DNA of 64,000 bases, from positions 55,470,851 through 55,534,850 of the forward strand of contig NC_068982.1 in NCBI RefSeq assembly GCF_001194135.2, read 5' to 3'. The translations under genes were made by a program, and so were the position numbers. Of this stretch, positions 52,218 through 64,000 are shown one piece after another; within the stretch, counting starts at the first letter, position 1, and every line of letters starts with the position of its first letter. The stretch comes from Octopus bimaculoides. Taxonomy: Eukaryota. The notes below the pieces were generated by a model, which was not told the DNA's origin, ran no database searches, and saw only the letters and a list, made by a program, of their open reading frames with translations.

Positions 52218-52970
52218 ATGTTTGTCNNNNNNNNNNNNNNNNNNNNNNNNNNNNNNNNNNNNNNNNNNNNNNNNNNNNNNNNNNNNNNNNNNNNNNNNNN
52301 NNNNNNNNNNNNNNNNNNNNNNNNNNNNNNNNNNNNNNNNNNNNNNNNNNNNNNNNNNNNNNNNNNNNNNNNNNNNNNNNNNNNNNAACATCGCTTGACA
52401 ACCGATGCTGGTGTGTTTATGTCCTGGTAACTTAGCGGTTCGGCAAAAGAGACCGATAGAATAAGTACTAGGCTTCCAAAGAATAAGTCCTGGGGTCGAT
52501 TTGCTCGACTAAAGGCGGTACTCCAGCATGGCCACAGTCAAACGACTGAAACAAGTAAAAGAGTAAAAGAATAAGGGTAACCGAAAATAATGGAATGTTG
52601 AAAAAGTTCAAAAGGCTGGTTTGCTGTGAATTAAAAACTTTCCTCGGCATTAGCTCACAAAATAATAGGGAATTATTAAATGAACATCGGTATATTATAT
52701 TTATTTATTGACTGATCGTGAAAAAAAAACAACGTCCGACAAATTTTAAATGTAAATACTTGATACAGCAGACTGGCTATCGTATCGTGACTGCTGGTGC
52801 ACACTCGTTTACGACAATTACTTCCAAATTAATTATTAATAATAAAAATGATATGAAAAAACTTTAATACGTTTTAAACTGTTCAAATAATTTTAAAAAT
52901 CCATTTAAACGGTTTTTGTAGAGAAAGAGAAATATTACTGTTTACGACATTAAGTTTGATTTATGGCACG

Positions 52971-53041
52971 ATGGCGGTAGTTGTTCTAGACAACGGTGCC
53001 GGTTTTTCCAAAATAGGATTTTCCACTGATGGACAACCAAG
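52971..53041 (+). CDS. ACTR6: Actin-related protein 6, coding exon 1 (MAVVVLDNGAGFSKIGFSTDGQP-R)
   Basis: ATG at 52971; actin-fold phosphate-1 motif VVLDNGAGFSKIG; GTAAT donor at 53042; 71 nt, phase 2, matches next exon. Confidence 0.93.
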
Positions 53042-53307
53042 GTAATATCTCCAAAGTACTTCATGCATTTATTTTATTCAGTGCATTACATTTCCCATTT
53101 TTTTTTCCAAACTTGGTATTGTATTAATCGAAATTATTTAGAGTTCACTAATTGAAATCCACTCACGTGGCTTCATCGTCTTTTGTTTATATCTACATCT
53201 ATCTATCTGTCTATTTATCTATTGGTCTATCTATCTATCTGTCTATCTATCTCTCTATCGCACACACACTCACATGTTTGTGTGTGTGTATATATATATA
53301 TTTCTAC

Positions 53308-53504
53308 GGTACTACTAAAGCAGCGCGGACCCAAACGCGCAGTCGCGCGTCCGCGCTAGCTAGTCGTGAGTGGTCGATCCTAACCCTAACCCTAACCCTA
53401 ACCACGCGGGTTAGGGTTAGGGTTAGGGTTAGGATCGACTACTCAAGACTAGCTAACGCGGACGCGCGACTGAGCGTTCGGGTCCGCGCTGCTTTAGTAG
53501 TACC
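53308..53504. mobile_element. Palindromic MITE with (CCCTAA)n-(TTAGGG)n core in ARP6 intron 1
   Basis: ~96-bp arms with 5 mismatches, 5-nt loop; TA near both ends. Confidence 0.9.
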
Positions 53505-54385
53505 TATTTCTACTACCTGTTAAGACGGACGAATAAATATATCGACGCTAAGCTTTGCTCTGTCGCTATTTTGATGTGTTGTGTATTTTTTTCGTTTTAT
53601 TTACTGTATATTCCTCTCATTTGAGAAAGAGAGAGAGGGAGAGATGTATACATATATTGTTCCAGATTTAATGTGGTGATAAACTGTAAAGACTGGCTCT
53701 GTAAAGTTCGAAAAATACGATTGTTGTTTTTCTTTGTGAATATAAGGGACATTACTGTAGCTATTTCACTTAAGGGATTAAACTTTAAACGTGTCATTAA
53801 CGGTATTAGTAATGTTGCGGGTAACTGGGTATTTGTTGTGCAACCAGGTTGAAAAATAACATTAGTGTCGACCTTTTAATATGCAAGCGCCCTAATTTAA
53901 TTTTTTGAAACAGTGGATCGCGAAGCACATGAAGCTATAAACAGTAGCATGTAAATATTGGGTTTCTAAGAAAATTATTTCACGTTTTCGTGAAACTTTA
54001 TAAGTTCTTATGGCGTCAGTAACATAGTAATTTTAATTAAAACTCGTATAAAAGTTTGAAGGAAACTATTGCTGCACATGTTCGAAGATGCGTGTTGTTT
54101 TTCAGTAGATAAAATGAGATAAGGCAGCGAGATGGCAGAATAGTTTGCACGCCGGGCAAACGCTTAGCGGCATTTCGTCTGTTTTTAAGTGCTGAATTCA
54201 GATTCCGCTGAGGATGACTTTGCTTTTGGGGTCGATGTAATCGATTTACAAACTCCCACAAAATTGCTGGCCTTGTGTTAAAATTTGAAACCAATAGATA
54301 TAATGAAATTTCTTCCAATTAAATGTTTCACTTTAATGCTAGAGTTTTTATTTCCGTTTTAAAATTAATTAATTTGTCATTTCAG

Positions 54386-54503
54386 GAATGTCCCAAATTG
54401 TGTTTCCAAAGCCAAAAATGTACGAACGCGAATATTCATTGGTGACCAGATTGAAGACTGCAAGGACCTTTCTGGACTGTATTACCTTCTTCCATTTCAA
54501 AAG
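54386..54503 (+). CDS. ACTR6: ARP6 coding exon 2 (NVPNCVSKAKNVRTRIFIGDQIEDCKDLSGLYYLLPFQK)
   Basis: TTTCAG acceptor; peptide matches recalled ARP6 IPNC..KD.SGL.Y.LPFQK; GT donor at 54504; 118 nt keeps frame. Confidence 0.95.
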
Positions 54504-54546
54504 GTTTTTATTCTTATTTTTGTCTGCGGATGACAAGCCCCCTAGA

Positions 54547-56950
54547 TCATCATCATCATCATCATCGTTTAACGTCCGTTTTCCATGCTGGCACAGGCTG
54601 GACGGTTTAACTGGGGACTGGCTGCACCAGGCTCCAATCTGATCTGGCAATGTTTCTACAGCTGCATTGTCTTCCTAACACCAACACTCTGTGAGTGTAG
54701 TGAGAGCTTTTTACATGCCTCTGGCATGGGAGCCAGTCAGCCAGCACTGGCATTGGCCACATTCAGATGGTGCTTTTTACGTGCCACCGGCACAGGGAGC
54801 CAGTCAGGTGGCACTCATATCAACCCACACATGAATGGTGCTTATTGCGTGCCAACAGCACAGGAGCCAGTCAGGTGGCACTGGCATCAGCCACATCTAC
54901 AATTTCCATTTGATTTCGATTTGATTGACATTCTGACTATGACTTTGATTTTGATTTTACTTGACCCAATAGGTCTCCTCAAGCATGGCGTGTTGCCCGA
55001 TTATTCAAAGGTACTTTTTAAATGGCTGGTTATGCAACACTGGTATAGGTTACGGCTGTGATCTCACTTCACTTGCCGGGTCTTCTCAATCACAGCATAT
55101 CTCCAGAGGTCTTGGTCTCTTGTCATTGCCTCTATGAAGCCCAACATTTAAAGGTCATGCTTCACCACCACATCCCATGTCTTCCTGGGTCTACCTCTTC
55201 CACGGGTTCCTTCCACTGTTAGGGAGTGACACTTCTTCACACAGCTCTCCTTATCTATACACAACACATGACCATACCAGCACAGTCGTCTCTCTTGCAC
55301 ACCACATCTGATGCTTCTTATGTCCAACATTTCTCTCAAGGCACTTACACTCTGTGTGTGTACACTGACATTACGCATCCAGCGGATCATACTAGCTTCA
55401 TTCCTTTCAAGCCTGCATATGTCCTCAACTGTGATGGCCCATGTTTCACTACCTTGTAGCATGGCAGTTCACACACATGCATCATACAGTCTACCTTTCA
55501 CTCTGAGCAAGAGGCCCTTTGTTACCAGCAGAGGTAGGAATTTTCTGAACTTTGCTCAGACTATTCTTATTCTAGTGGCAACGCTCTCAGAGCATCCACC
55601 CCCACTACAGACTTGGTCACCTAGGCAGCAGAAGCTATCAACTACTTCTAGTTTCTCCCCTTAGCATGTGATGGAATCTGTTTTCTGAACATCTTCGGTG
55701 TTTATTGCCCCTGTGCATCTGCTGCACACAAAAACTATCATCCTGGTTAACCTTCCTTTGATGTTGCTGCACCTCATATGTGTCCATAGCTTACACTGGG
55801 TACATCTTATGGAGTTTCTACCTACACCTTTTCGACAGATCAAGCAGGGCCATCTACCTGAAGGGGTTTGTGATTTGTTCACCTTCCTACTTACTAGAAC
55901 TTTGGTTTTTGCAACATTGACTCTAAAGCACTTTGATTCTAAACCTTGCTTCCGCACATGAAATTTCTTCTCTAGTTCTGGTAGTGATTCAGTTATGAAA
56001 GCAAGGTCATCAGCATAGTGAAGCTCCCAGGGACAGCCTGTCTTGAATTCCTGTTATTGCCTGAATAAGAGGGGGCTGAGGGCTGATCCTTGGTGAACTC
56101 CTACTTCTACCTGGAATTCTTCACTATACTTGTTGCCGACCCTCACCTTACTGACAGCATCCCTGTACAGCTCTTACTAATCACTCGTCTATCCATAGTT
56201 TCTGCATCATCCACCAGATAAGGGATCGGGAGACCCTGTCAAAGACTTTCTCCAATCAACAAAAGCCAAGTACAGAAGTTTATCGTTGGTTAGGTATTTC
56301 TCCTGTAGTTGCCTTACCAGAAATATAGCATCAGTGGTGCCTTTACCTGGCACAAAACCGAACTGCATCTCATCTAGACCAACTCTCTCCGTAATTAGTT
56401 GGGCATTGACCCTCTCCGTGACCTTCATCACCTGATCCAGCAGTTTGATACCTCTGTAGCTATTTCTGTTTAAAGCATCACCTTTACCTTTGCAGAAGTT
56501 GACTATGGAGCTGCTACACCAGTCATTGGGTATGACTCCTTCGTGAACTACCTGATTTACAATATGGGTGACAAGACCATAACCCACACCATCAGATATT
56601 TTAAGCATCTTAGTAGTGATTCCTGATGGGGTGGGGGCTTTTCCTGACTTCATATCCTTAATTCTTTTATCTACCAGGGTGCTATCGATTCAGGTAGCTG
56701 GTCCCTCAACTGGATCAACATTTGGCGGGCTCTCCTCCTCCCATTCATTCTCCACATTCAGCAGCCTTTCATAATGGCATCTACAAGCCTCTTTCTCTGC
56801 AGAATCTTGACATTGACCTTCAATATTTCATCCCATGTCTTCCTGGGCCTCCCTCTTCTGCAGGCTCCATCCACATTAAATGGTTGGCACTTCTGTTTGC
56901 AACTGTCTACATCCATATGCATTACGTGACCAAACCAACGCAGATTGGAG
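54547..56950 (-). mobile_element. RTE-X-like LINE, antisense in ARP6 intron 2, (GAT)n tail
   Basis: MKSGKAP..SGI, NSYRGIKLL, QFGFVPGKGTTDAIF.VRQLQEKY, LAFVD, GSETW, WYGHV, RGRGRPRKTW; tail (CAT)n on + at 54547. Confidence 0.93.
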
Positions 56951-57215
56951 TGATTGGTGTTAGGAGGGGCATGCAGCTATAGAAACCATGATAAATCAGA
57001 TTGGAACCTGGTGCAGCTCCCCAGTTTTCAGTCAAACCGTCCAACCCATGCCAGCATGGAAAACAGACATTAAACGATTATGATGGTGATGATTTCAAAT
57101 ATTATTTTAGTAGGTACTAACTTTCCATAATTATGTTTAAAAATATGCAGTTCTATTGGATCATTTAATTCTTTTTTTAATTTTGTTTAAATGCCTTTAA
57201 ATTTTTATTTAACAG

Positions 57216-57284
57216 GGTTACCTAGTAAATTGGGAGATTGAGAAACAAGTATGGGATTATCTCTTCAGCAAAGATGTTCTGAAG
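57216..57284 (+). CDS. ACTR6: ARP6 coding exon 3 (GYLVNWEIEKQVWDYLFSKDVLK)
   Basis: TTTAACAG acceptor, GTGAGC donor, 69 nt; GYLVNW..+QVWDYLF is characteristic of ARP6. Confidence 0.96.
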
Positions 57285-58189
57285 GTGAGCTACATAGAAA
57301 TTCATTTCTTTACTGATGCTGCTGCTGTAAGCTGTTTCATGGAATGGAAATTAATGAAATATCGAGGCATCTTTTCTCTTTTATCTTTTACTTGTTTCAG
57401 TCATTAGACTGCGGCCATGCTGGAGCATTGCTTTGAAGAACTTTTTTTTGGTTGAATGTATTGACCCCAGTACTTATTTTTTTACAAGCCTGGTACTTAT
57501 CCTACTGGTCTCTTTTGCTGAACCACTAAATTACAGGGATATAAATACACCAACACCAGTTGGCACGCTACTGAGAAATGTAAGCAATGTATTTAAATAG
57601 ACGGAATACTTTTTTTCACGGTTGGTTTGTTGCATTACACAGGAGTTATGGGCAAAATGTTATAGTGCATGGCATATAAGTAATATGTGTGTAAAGTTTG
57701 GTGAAAATCGGTTGAAAACTGTAGAAATGCATATGTATTACACACACACACTGACATCCTTTGTTTTATATAGAAAGATGGAGAGAAAAATGTCAAAAAA
57801 CATCAATACATGTGAGTGATAAAGAAATATGGAGGGTTGTCTTGGGATGTGCTAGAAACAACAGCCAAATCTCCCTTAAATCATTCATGTTTCCCTCTGA
57901 AAATACTAACAAATTTCTTTCTTTTTCTTTTCTCAAAAAGGCTCCCCCATGGCTTTTAAGTGCAACTAAAATTGGCCAAAATAGGTCCAGAGTGGGATGA
58001 TGAGGGAGGGGAGTAATATTAAATAAGTAACACACACAAACATCTACACATACATATACATGTGTGATGACTGACATGCGTGAGTGTATGTCTGTAGGTG
58101 TCTCTCTTACTATATGTATGGGTCTGTTTATGAGAGGGTGTGTATTTTGTATATGTCTGTGACTGTGTGTGTGTCTATTTAAATACACT

Positions 58190-59371
58190 ATTTACATTTC
58201 TCCCTCTATAGAAAACTGTTGTGTAATATTGCTCCACTTTTATTCTTTCACTATTGTTTGTGTGTTTGTGTATTCGATGCGTACGAGATAGTAAAGGACA
58301 TTTCAAAGCACCATGACGACATCACATATATGAGTGTATATGTGTCTCTGACTGTATGTGTGTGTGGGTCTATGAGTGTCTATGTCTCTCTGACAGTGTG
58401 TGTGTGTGTGTGTTTCCATGTTAGGTACGCTATTAAACACACAAACATCTACACATACATATACACGTGATAACTTACATGCATGAATGTATGTCTATAT
58501 GTGTCTCTCTTACTACATGTATGTGTCTGTATGTGAGACTGTATGTGTGCATATCATCACATTTTTGGCATGAATGTGTATGTGAGTGTCTATGTTTGTG
58601 CGCCTGTTACCTATGTTATTAAACACACATACATCTACACAAACTCTTGATAAAAAGCAATTACATGGAAGGTTCAAGTTAAAAATAAAAATACACATCT
58701 ACCATTCCATTAACACTTATTGCAGCTGTTACAAGATATTTACAATTTGCTTATATTTGGTTACTTTACACTGCATACAAAAATATAGACATACAACTGC
58801 TTGCAAAAATAGATATTCATATTTTTTTCTTTGTACATAATTTTTTATTTACATTATTGAAAAAAAAAATTTGCCACCAAAGGAAAGACGTAATCTTTTC
58901 AGAAACACCTATAAAGCAAGGAGGAGTGCAAAAAACCGAAGGCAATAGTCTCAAGAGATATGGACATAAGACTTTCTCAAAATCAGCAAAGCATGCTGCA
59001 GCATGTCAGATGGAGTCTCAAGAAAGAAGGGAGATGAGACTTTCTCAAGTTCAACAAAAGGATACTGCAGCACATCAGATGGAGTCTCAAGAGAGAAAGA
59101 TGATGAGACTTTCCCAAGATCAGCAGAGGCATGCTGCAGCACTTAATGCTGAATCATTAAAACAATGTTTAGCATGTCAGATTACACAGAGGCCCAATAG
59201 AATAGCTCTCCAAAACAAACCACATACAAATTCGTTCTTCACAACACCTGGAGCTGCATTGAGATATGATCCATCCCATTCTTATAAAAATGATAATTCT
59301 GTCCAAATTGATGTGCTAAACTCAAATTGTTGTTTATGCACTTTCCTGTATCACCTGTTTCAACATGAATG

Positions 59372-59404
<33 letters not shown>

Positions 59405-59449
59405 AACTATGTGGTTTTAATCTCAAGCAACCCCAGGTGTCTCTGCTAG
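58190..59449 (+). mobile_element. Second copy of the STPR Helitron family, in ARP6 intron 3
   Basis: ORF 58857-59420 with ESQERREMRLSQ repeats and AALRYDPSHSY; ends CTCTGCTAG|T. Confidence 0.85.
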
Positions 59450-59924
59450 TACATGCTAAAGAAAAGAAAATTTGAAAAACTAGGAATTTTTTGCAACCTG
59501 GTGGTGAAAGACCTGGGTATATATAAAGTTGGAAGAGCTACTGGATAACAATGATACAGAGGAGCAGGGGGTGGGAGGACCTGATTGGGAAGTGAGAGCT
59601 AGGCATAGTGAATGAAGGAGGAAATATGAAAAAGAGAGGCTAGCAGATGGCAACAATAGAATGAAACAAGGCATGTGAGTAGAACGCACAGGTTGGGGCA
59701 AGCAGACAGCAATGATACAGTGGCATCCAGGCCAAGAGGACAAAATTGGGGAGTGGGAGGTAATCATAGTACTTGAAGCAGGAATGTGAGGAAGAGAAGG
59801 GATGTAGAGACGTAGTTTGGTTCATTGTGGTGGAGAGTGTGAGAAGTTTTCTACACAGTGCTTCGAGAATTCAGTTTCGCTGATATGGGTGGGTCTTCTC
59901 AAAAGCTTCATATTGCCAGACATC

Positions 59925-60250
59925 TCAGTCCATGGTCATTTCTTCTGTGAGGTCCAACTTTCTGAGATCAGTCCTTACCACTTCATCCCATGTCTTCTTG
60001 AGTCTCCCTCTTCCACAGGTACCATCCACTTTCAGTGATCAGCACTTCTTTATGCAGCTGTCCTCATTCATACATATCACAAGTCCAAACCAACATAGTC
60101 TTCTCTCTTGCATGCTACATTTGACACCTATTATGCCCAACTTTTCTCTCAATACATTTGCACTTTGTTGTACATATACACTGATATTGCACATCCAACG
60201 AAGCATACTACCTTCATTTCTCTCCAGTTTACGCATGTCTTCAACATTCC
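59925..60250 (-). mobile_element. RTE-X fragment
   Basis: RKLERNEGSMLRWMCNISV..LREKLGI..CSMQERRLCWFG. Confidence 0.85.
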
Positions 60251-60445
60251 ACCCGATTACACCTACCTTTCAATGTCATTCTAAAAATATACAATTACAT
60301 CATCAAAATTTTGAAGCTATGAGATAGTGCATGGTTAATTAAAAACAATGTGAATGAAAAAGCATTACATTTTACAGAATAATCTGAATGCTAAGGGGTT
60401 AAAATATGGCATTTTTTAAAATGATTTATTATCAACTGTTTGCAG

Positions 60446-60569
60446 GTGAACTTCAGTGAGACAACACTTGTTGTCACTGAACCCCACTTCAACTTCTTAT
60501 CCATTCAAGAAGCAATGAATGAAATTTTCTTTGAGGATTACCAATTCCAAGCTATCTATAGAACCAATG
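60446..60569 (+). CDS. ACTR6: ARP6 coding exon 4 (VNFSETTLVVTEPHFNFLSIQEAMNEIFFEDYQFQAIYRTN)
   Basis: TTTGCAG acceptor, GTAAG donor, 124 nt; TEP.FNF.SIQE.MNEI.FE.YQF motif. Confidence 0.96.
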
Positions 60570-61149
60570 GTAAGAAAGAAAAATTGTCTTTTCAACAGGA
60601 AATTTACATTTTATTTTCTATAGATGCTATCTAGGCTATTTGTTAGTATAAGCATCCTCTACATTATGAAAGAATGGAAGAGTTGAGTTCAAAAAATCTC
60701 ACCATACATGGAGTTCTGTAATGTGAAACATATTTTCCCAGGTGACTTCCATATCAACTGGAAGTCAGTGGGGATATATATTTTTTTTTTTGTAGTTCAG
60801 AACTTCACATTATAGCAAGATTTTGAGGAGTGCAATGCTTCAGTAACACAAAGCATACCTGTATATTAAAGTGTAGTATCTGACCTAACAATGATCAATT
60901 CTTTTTTTATTCATTAGCCCAAGAAGGAAGTAATGTTCTCAGAGCTTTTTAGGAATAAATAAGACTGATTTAGGTTATAACAGTCAATGCTTGATTTGTC
61001 TGTTGCTGGTTGCTAGTTGAGTGATAAAATACTCAGTTCTCTAAAAGGAAGTATTGGGAAAAGTGTTTAATAGAGGATGTGTATTAGGCACATTGCTGTA
61101 CTCAAGAAAACCCGTCCACCACAACACAATTGAAATCCTAAAACAAGAT

Positions 61150-61910
61150 AGTGTGGGTGCTAGCGCCACATAAAAAGTGCTGGTGCTGGTCCCACACAAA
61201 AAAGCACTGGTAATGGTACCATGTAAAAAGCACCCAGTACACTCTGTAAAGTGGTTGGCATTAGGAAGGGCATCCAGCCATAGAGACCAAGTTAAAACAG
61301 ACTAGGGAATCTGATGTAGCCCCTGGCCTTGCTAATTCCTGTGAAACTGTCCAACCCATACCAGCATGCAAAATGGATGTTGAATGTTGAAGATGATGAG
61401 TCACAGTAGAGATGGTGGTAGCAGATGAGACATGTTCATTAAATGAAATCAGATGCAAGTGGTGGCAAATATTCCAACAGAATTGGCAAGGATGGTAGAT
61501 TGCACTGGTATGGTCATGTGATGTGTATGGATGAGGACAGTTGTATAAAGAAGTGACAATCTCTAACTGTGGAGGGAATCTGTGGAAGAGGTGGGACAAG
61601 ACGGCGGAGTATGATTTTTGGTTATTGAGTTTCAGGGAAGTGATGACAAGTGACCAAGACCTTTGGCGATTTGCTGTGTTTGAGAAGCCACATCGGGCTA
61701 AGTCAAATCATAGTCGTGGCCAGTGCCAGTGACACAAAAGGCATCCAGTACACTCTGTGGAGTGGTTGGAGTTAGGAAGGGCATCCAGCCATAGAAACCA
61801 TGCCAAAACCAACTATGGAACCTGGTGCAGTTCTTTGGCTTACTGGCCCCAGTCAAACCATCTTAGCCATGCTTGCATGGAAAACAGATGCTAAATGGTG
61901 ATGATGATTG
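61150..61910. mobile_element. Cluster of RTE-X 3' fragments
   Basis: RLHWYGHV..MDEDSCIKK at ~61500 and repeated GGAAGGGCATCCAGCCATAGA / CCAACCCAT.CCAGCATG blocks. Confidence 0.7.
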
Positions 61911-62164
61911 TATTGTAAAATCAGATATTGTAATTAGTTGCTACAACAGTTGTTCTTTTAATAACATGTTATACTATAAAAAGAACAATTGTCTAAGCAA
62001 AATCATTGCAAAGCTTCAGTTTTTTTAACTAATCCATTGCTATATTGACACCAAATTCCTGATGAAATATGAAATAATCTGGTAGAGGATATTTAGTTTT
62101 CTAAACCTAAATCCTACAAAGTGCTCCTTCCTGTCCTACCTCCTTTTTCTGTTCCTTATTTCAG

Positions 62165-62303
62165 CCAGCCGATTAAGTGATTACAGACTAAGACGAGAAC
62201 AAAGCACCAACAATCTCTGCAGTTTGATAATTGATTCTGGTTATTCATTCAGCCATCTAGTTCCCTACATGAAGGGGAAAAAAATAACAAATGCTGTTAA
62301 AAG
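62165..62303 (+). CDS. ACTR6: ARP6 coding exon 5 (ASRLSDYRLRREQSTNNLCSLIIDSGYSFSHLVPYMKGKKITNAVK-R); gene continues past window
   Basis: TTTCAG acceptor, GTGAA donor, 139 nt, phase 1 entry fits exon 4; actin phosphate-2 motif IIDSGYSFSHLVPY. Confidence 0.94.
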
Positions 62304-62399
62304 GTGAACCACATTACATTAAAATTCTCTTCATTTTCTGTATCTTTTTTAAAATTATATTTCATGATGTTGCTTGGGTAAAAAGTGTAAATGGAACGA

Positions 62400-63155
62400 T
62401 AGCAGTGCATTTGTCCTCACTAACATTGTGGCTTGGAAATGTTACTATGAGAAGTTGCTGAAGGAGGAGAAAGAAGGCCTATTCCAAATACTAGACCTAA
62501 CAAAAGGATTAACTATTGAAGTTGACATCTATACAGTTGAAAGCCTAATTTAAGGACAAGGAAACAGAGAAAGCAGTTGACCAATCAGTAGTTAAGGTGT
62601 TGAAAATATCCAACAATGTAGGGCATGCACTAATTACTTGCATATCCAATCCAGTAGTACAGAGAAGTGTCATAACCAATGGCTTGCATATCAGTATCAT
62701 CATTAACTACTACAAGAGCAAATGCAACTTCAGGGCCATCAACCTGATGGACCAGATGATGAAAGTAACAGAAACAGAAGGAATTATAGCACAACTGGTT
62801 AGGAAGAGATGTAGTAGTTGAGGTTAGTGCTAGGATGTGGTATTACCTGTACCCTCTTTCTGGTGTGACAGTTACAAGAGTAGTTCTTAACTGAGAGCAA
62901 GCCACTGCATCTGCCATCCATTGATCTGGAGAAAGTCTTTGAAAGTGTATCACGCTCTGTCGGTACATGAAAGCACCTGTGCTGGTGCCACATAAAAAGC
63001 ACCCAGTACACACTGTAAAGTGGTTGGTGTTAGGAAGGGCATCTAGATGTAGAAACCATGTTGAAACAGACAATTGGAGCTTGGGCAGCTCTTCAGTTGG
63101 CCAACTGTCCAACCCATGCCAGCATGAAAATCAAATGTGAAATTATGATGATGAA
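62400..63155 (+). mobile_element. Degenerate RTE-X RT fragment plus 3' end
   Basis: NFRAINLMDQMMKVTE in ORF 62597-62821; family 3' terminus near 63120. Confidence 0.7.
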
Positions 63156-64000
63156 TCATTTGTCACAATCTTTTCGCACTCTAGCGCACTTACCTACTCA
63201 CCCACCTTTTTTCTGTTCCTCCCTATTCTCTCTCTCCCTCTCATATTCATCTTGTACCTTGAGGGTACATACTCATCATGTTTCTTTCTCCAGCTGTAGT
63301 CACCACTTCAGCAAGACACCTGTTGCTATTCCTCTATCATAATTTCACATCCTTCAATACTTTACACCACATGGATGAGGGTTCTTGTCTTGCGAGTATT
63401 TGGCGACCACACAAGTGATGATGCCATGAAAAAAGCACCCAGTACACTCTGTGAAATGGTTGGCATCAGGGAAGGTATTTCATTGTGGAAAACCATGTAA
63501 AAGCAGACATTGGGGCTTGGTGTAGCCCTCTGGCTTATTAGTTCCTGTTGAACCATCTAACCCATGCTAGCATGAAAAAAGGCACATTAAATATTGAGGA
63601 TGGTAATGATGATATGTATATATTTATAACTGGCACGCTGTTGGTTACGATGATAAGGGTCCCAGTTGATCTGATCAACAGAACAGCCTGCTTGTGAAAT
63701 TAACGTACAAGTGGCTGAGAAGTCCACAGACAGGTGTAACCTTAACATATCACATCCATATCTGCTATAGCTGATATGGATGTGAACTATGTTCCATGGA
63801 AACATATGACATTTTAAAACTTAGAAACAATACTAACCTGATTAATAACAGATTAGACCTTAGAGTATCATATTGAAATCAAAATGGAAATTGTAGTTGT
63901 GGCCGATGCCAGTGTCGCATGACTGGCTCCCCGTGTGGGTAGCATGTAAAAAGCACCATCCGAATGTGGTTGATGCCAGATCCCCCTGCCCAGATTGGCT

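Overview
AT-rich, repeat-dominated eukaryotic DNA, most likely an octopus nuclear genome. This is inferred from a mitochondrial insert with cox1-cox2-trnD-atp8 order, octopus-type tRNA-derived SINEs and dense microsatellites. Several N gaps are present. The only host gene I can support is ACTR6/ARP6 on the + strand: five coding exons from 52971 to 62303 splice in frame, and the gene continues beyond the window. The rest is a mosaic of mobile DNA: RTE, RTE-X, R4/Dong and CR1/L2-like LINEs, three Penelope-like (Naiad-type) elements, Helitrons, Tc1/mariner fossils, LTR-like elements, SINEs and palindromic MITEs, plus a 1.4-kb NUMT. The most unusual observations are: (1) a Penelope-like element with a ~170-codon Asn/Ser-rich spacer between the two halves of its GIY-YIG motif; (2) palindromic elements built around TTAGGG repeats, one of them in ARP6 intron 1; (3) same-orientation retroelement pieces joined through (ATGT)n arrays; (4) an RTE ending in three C2H2 fingers; (5) a Helitron family retaining an STPR-repeat/zinc-finger ORF; (6) two hammerhead-ribozyme-like motifs. 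All alignments and translations were done by eye; family names come from recalled motifs, not database searches, and repeat boundaries are approximate.
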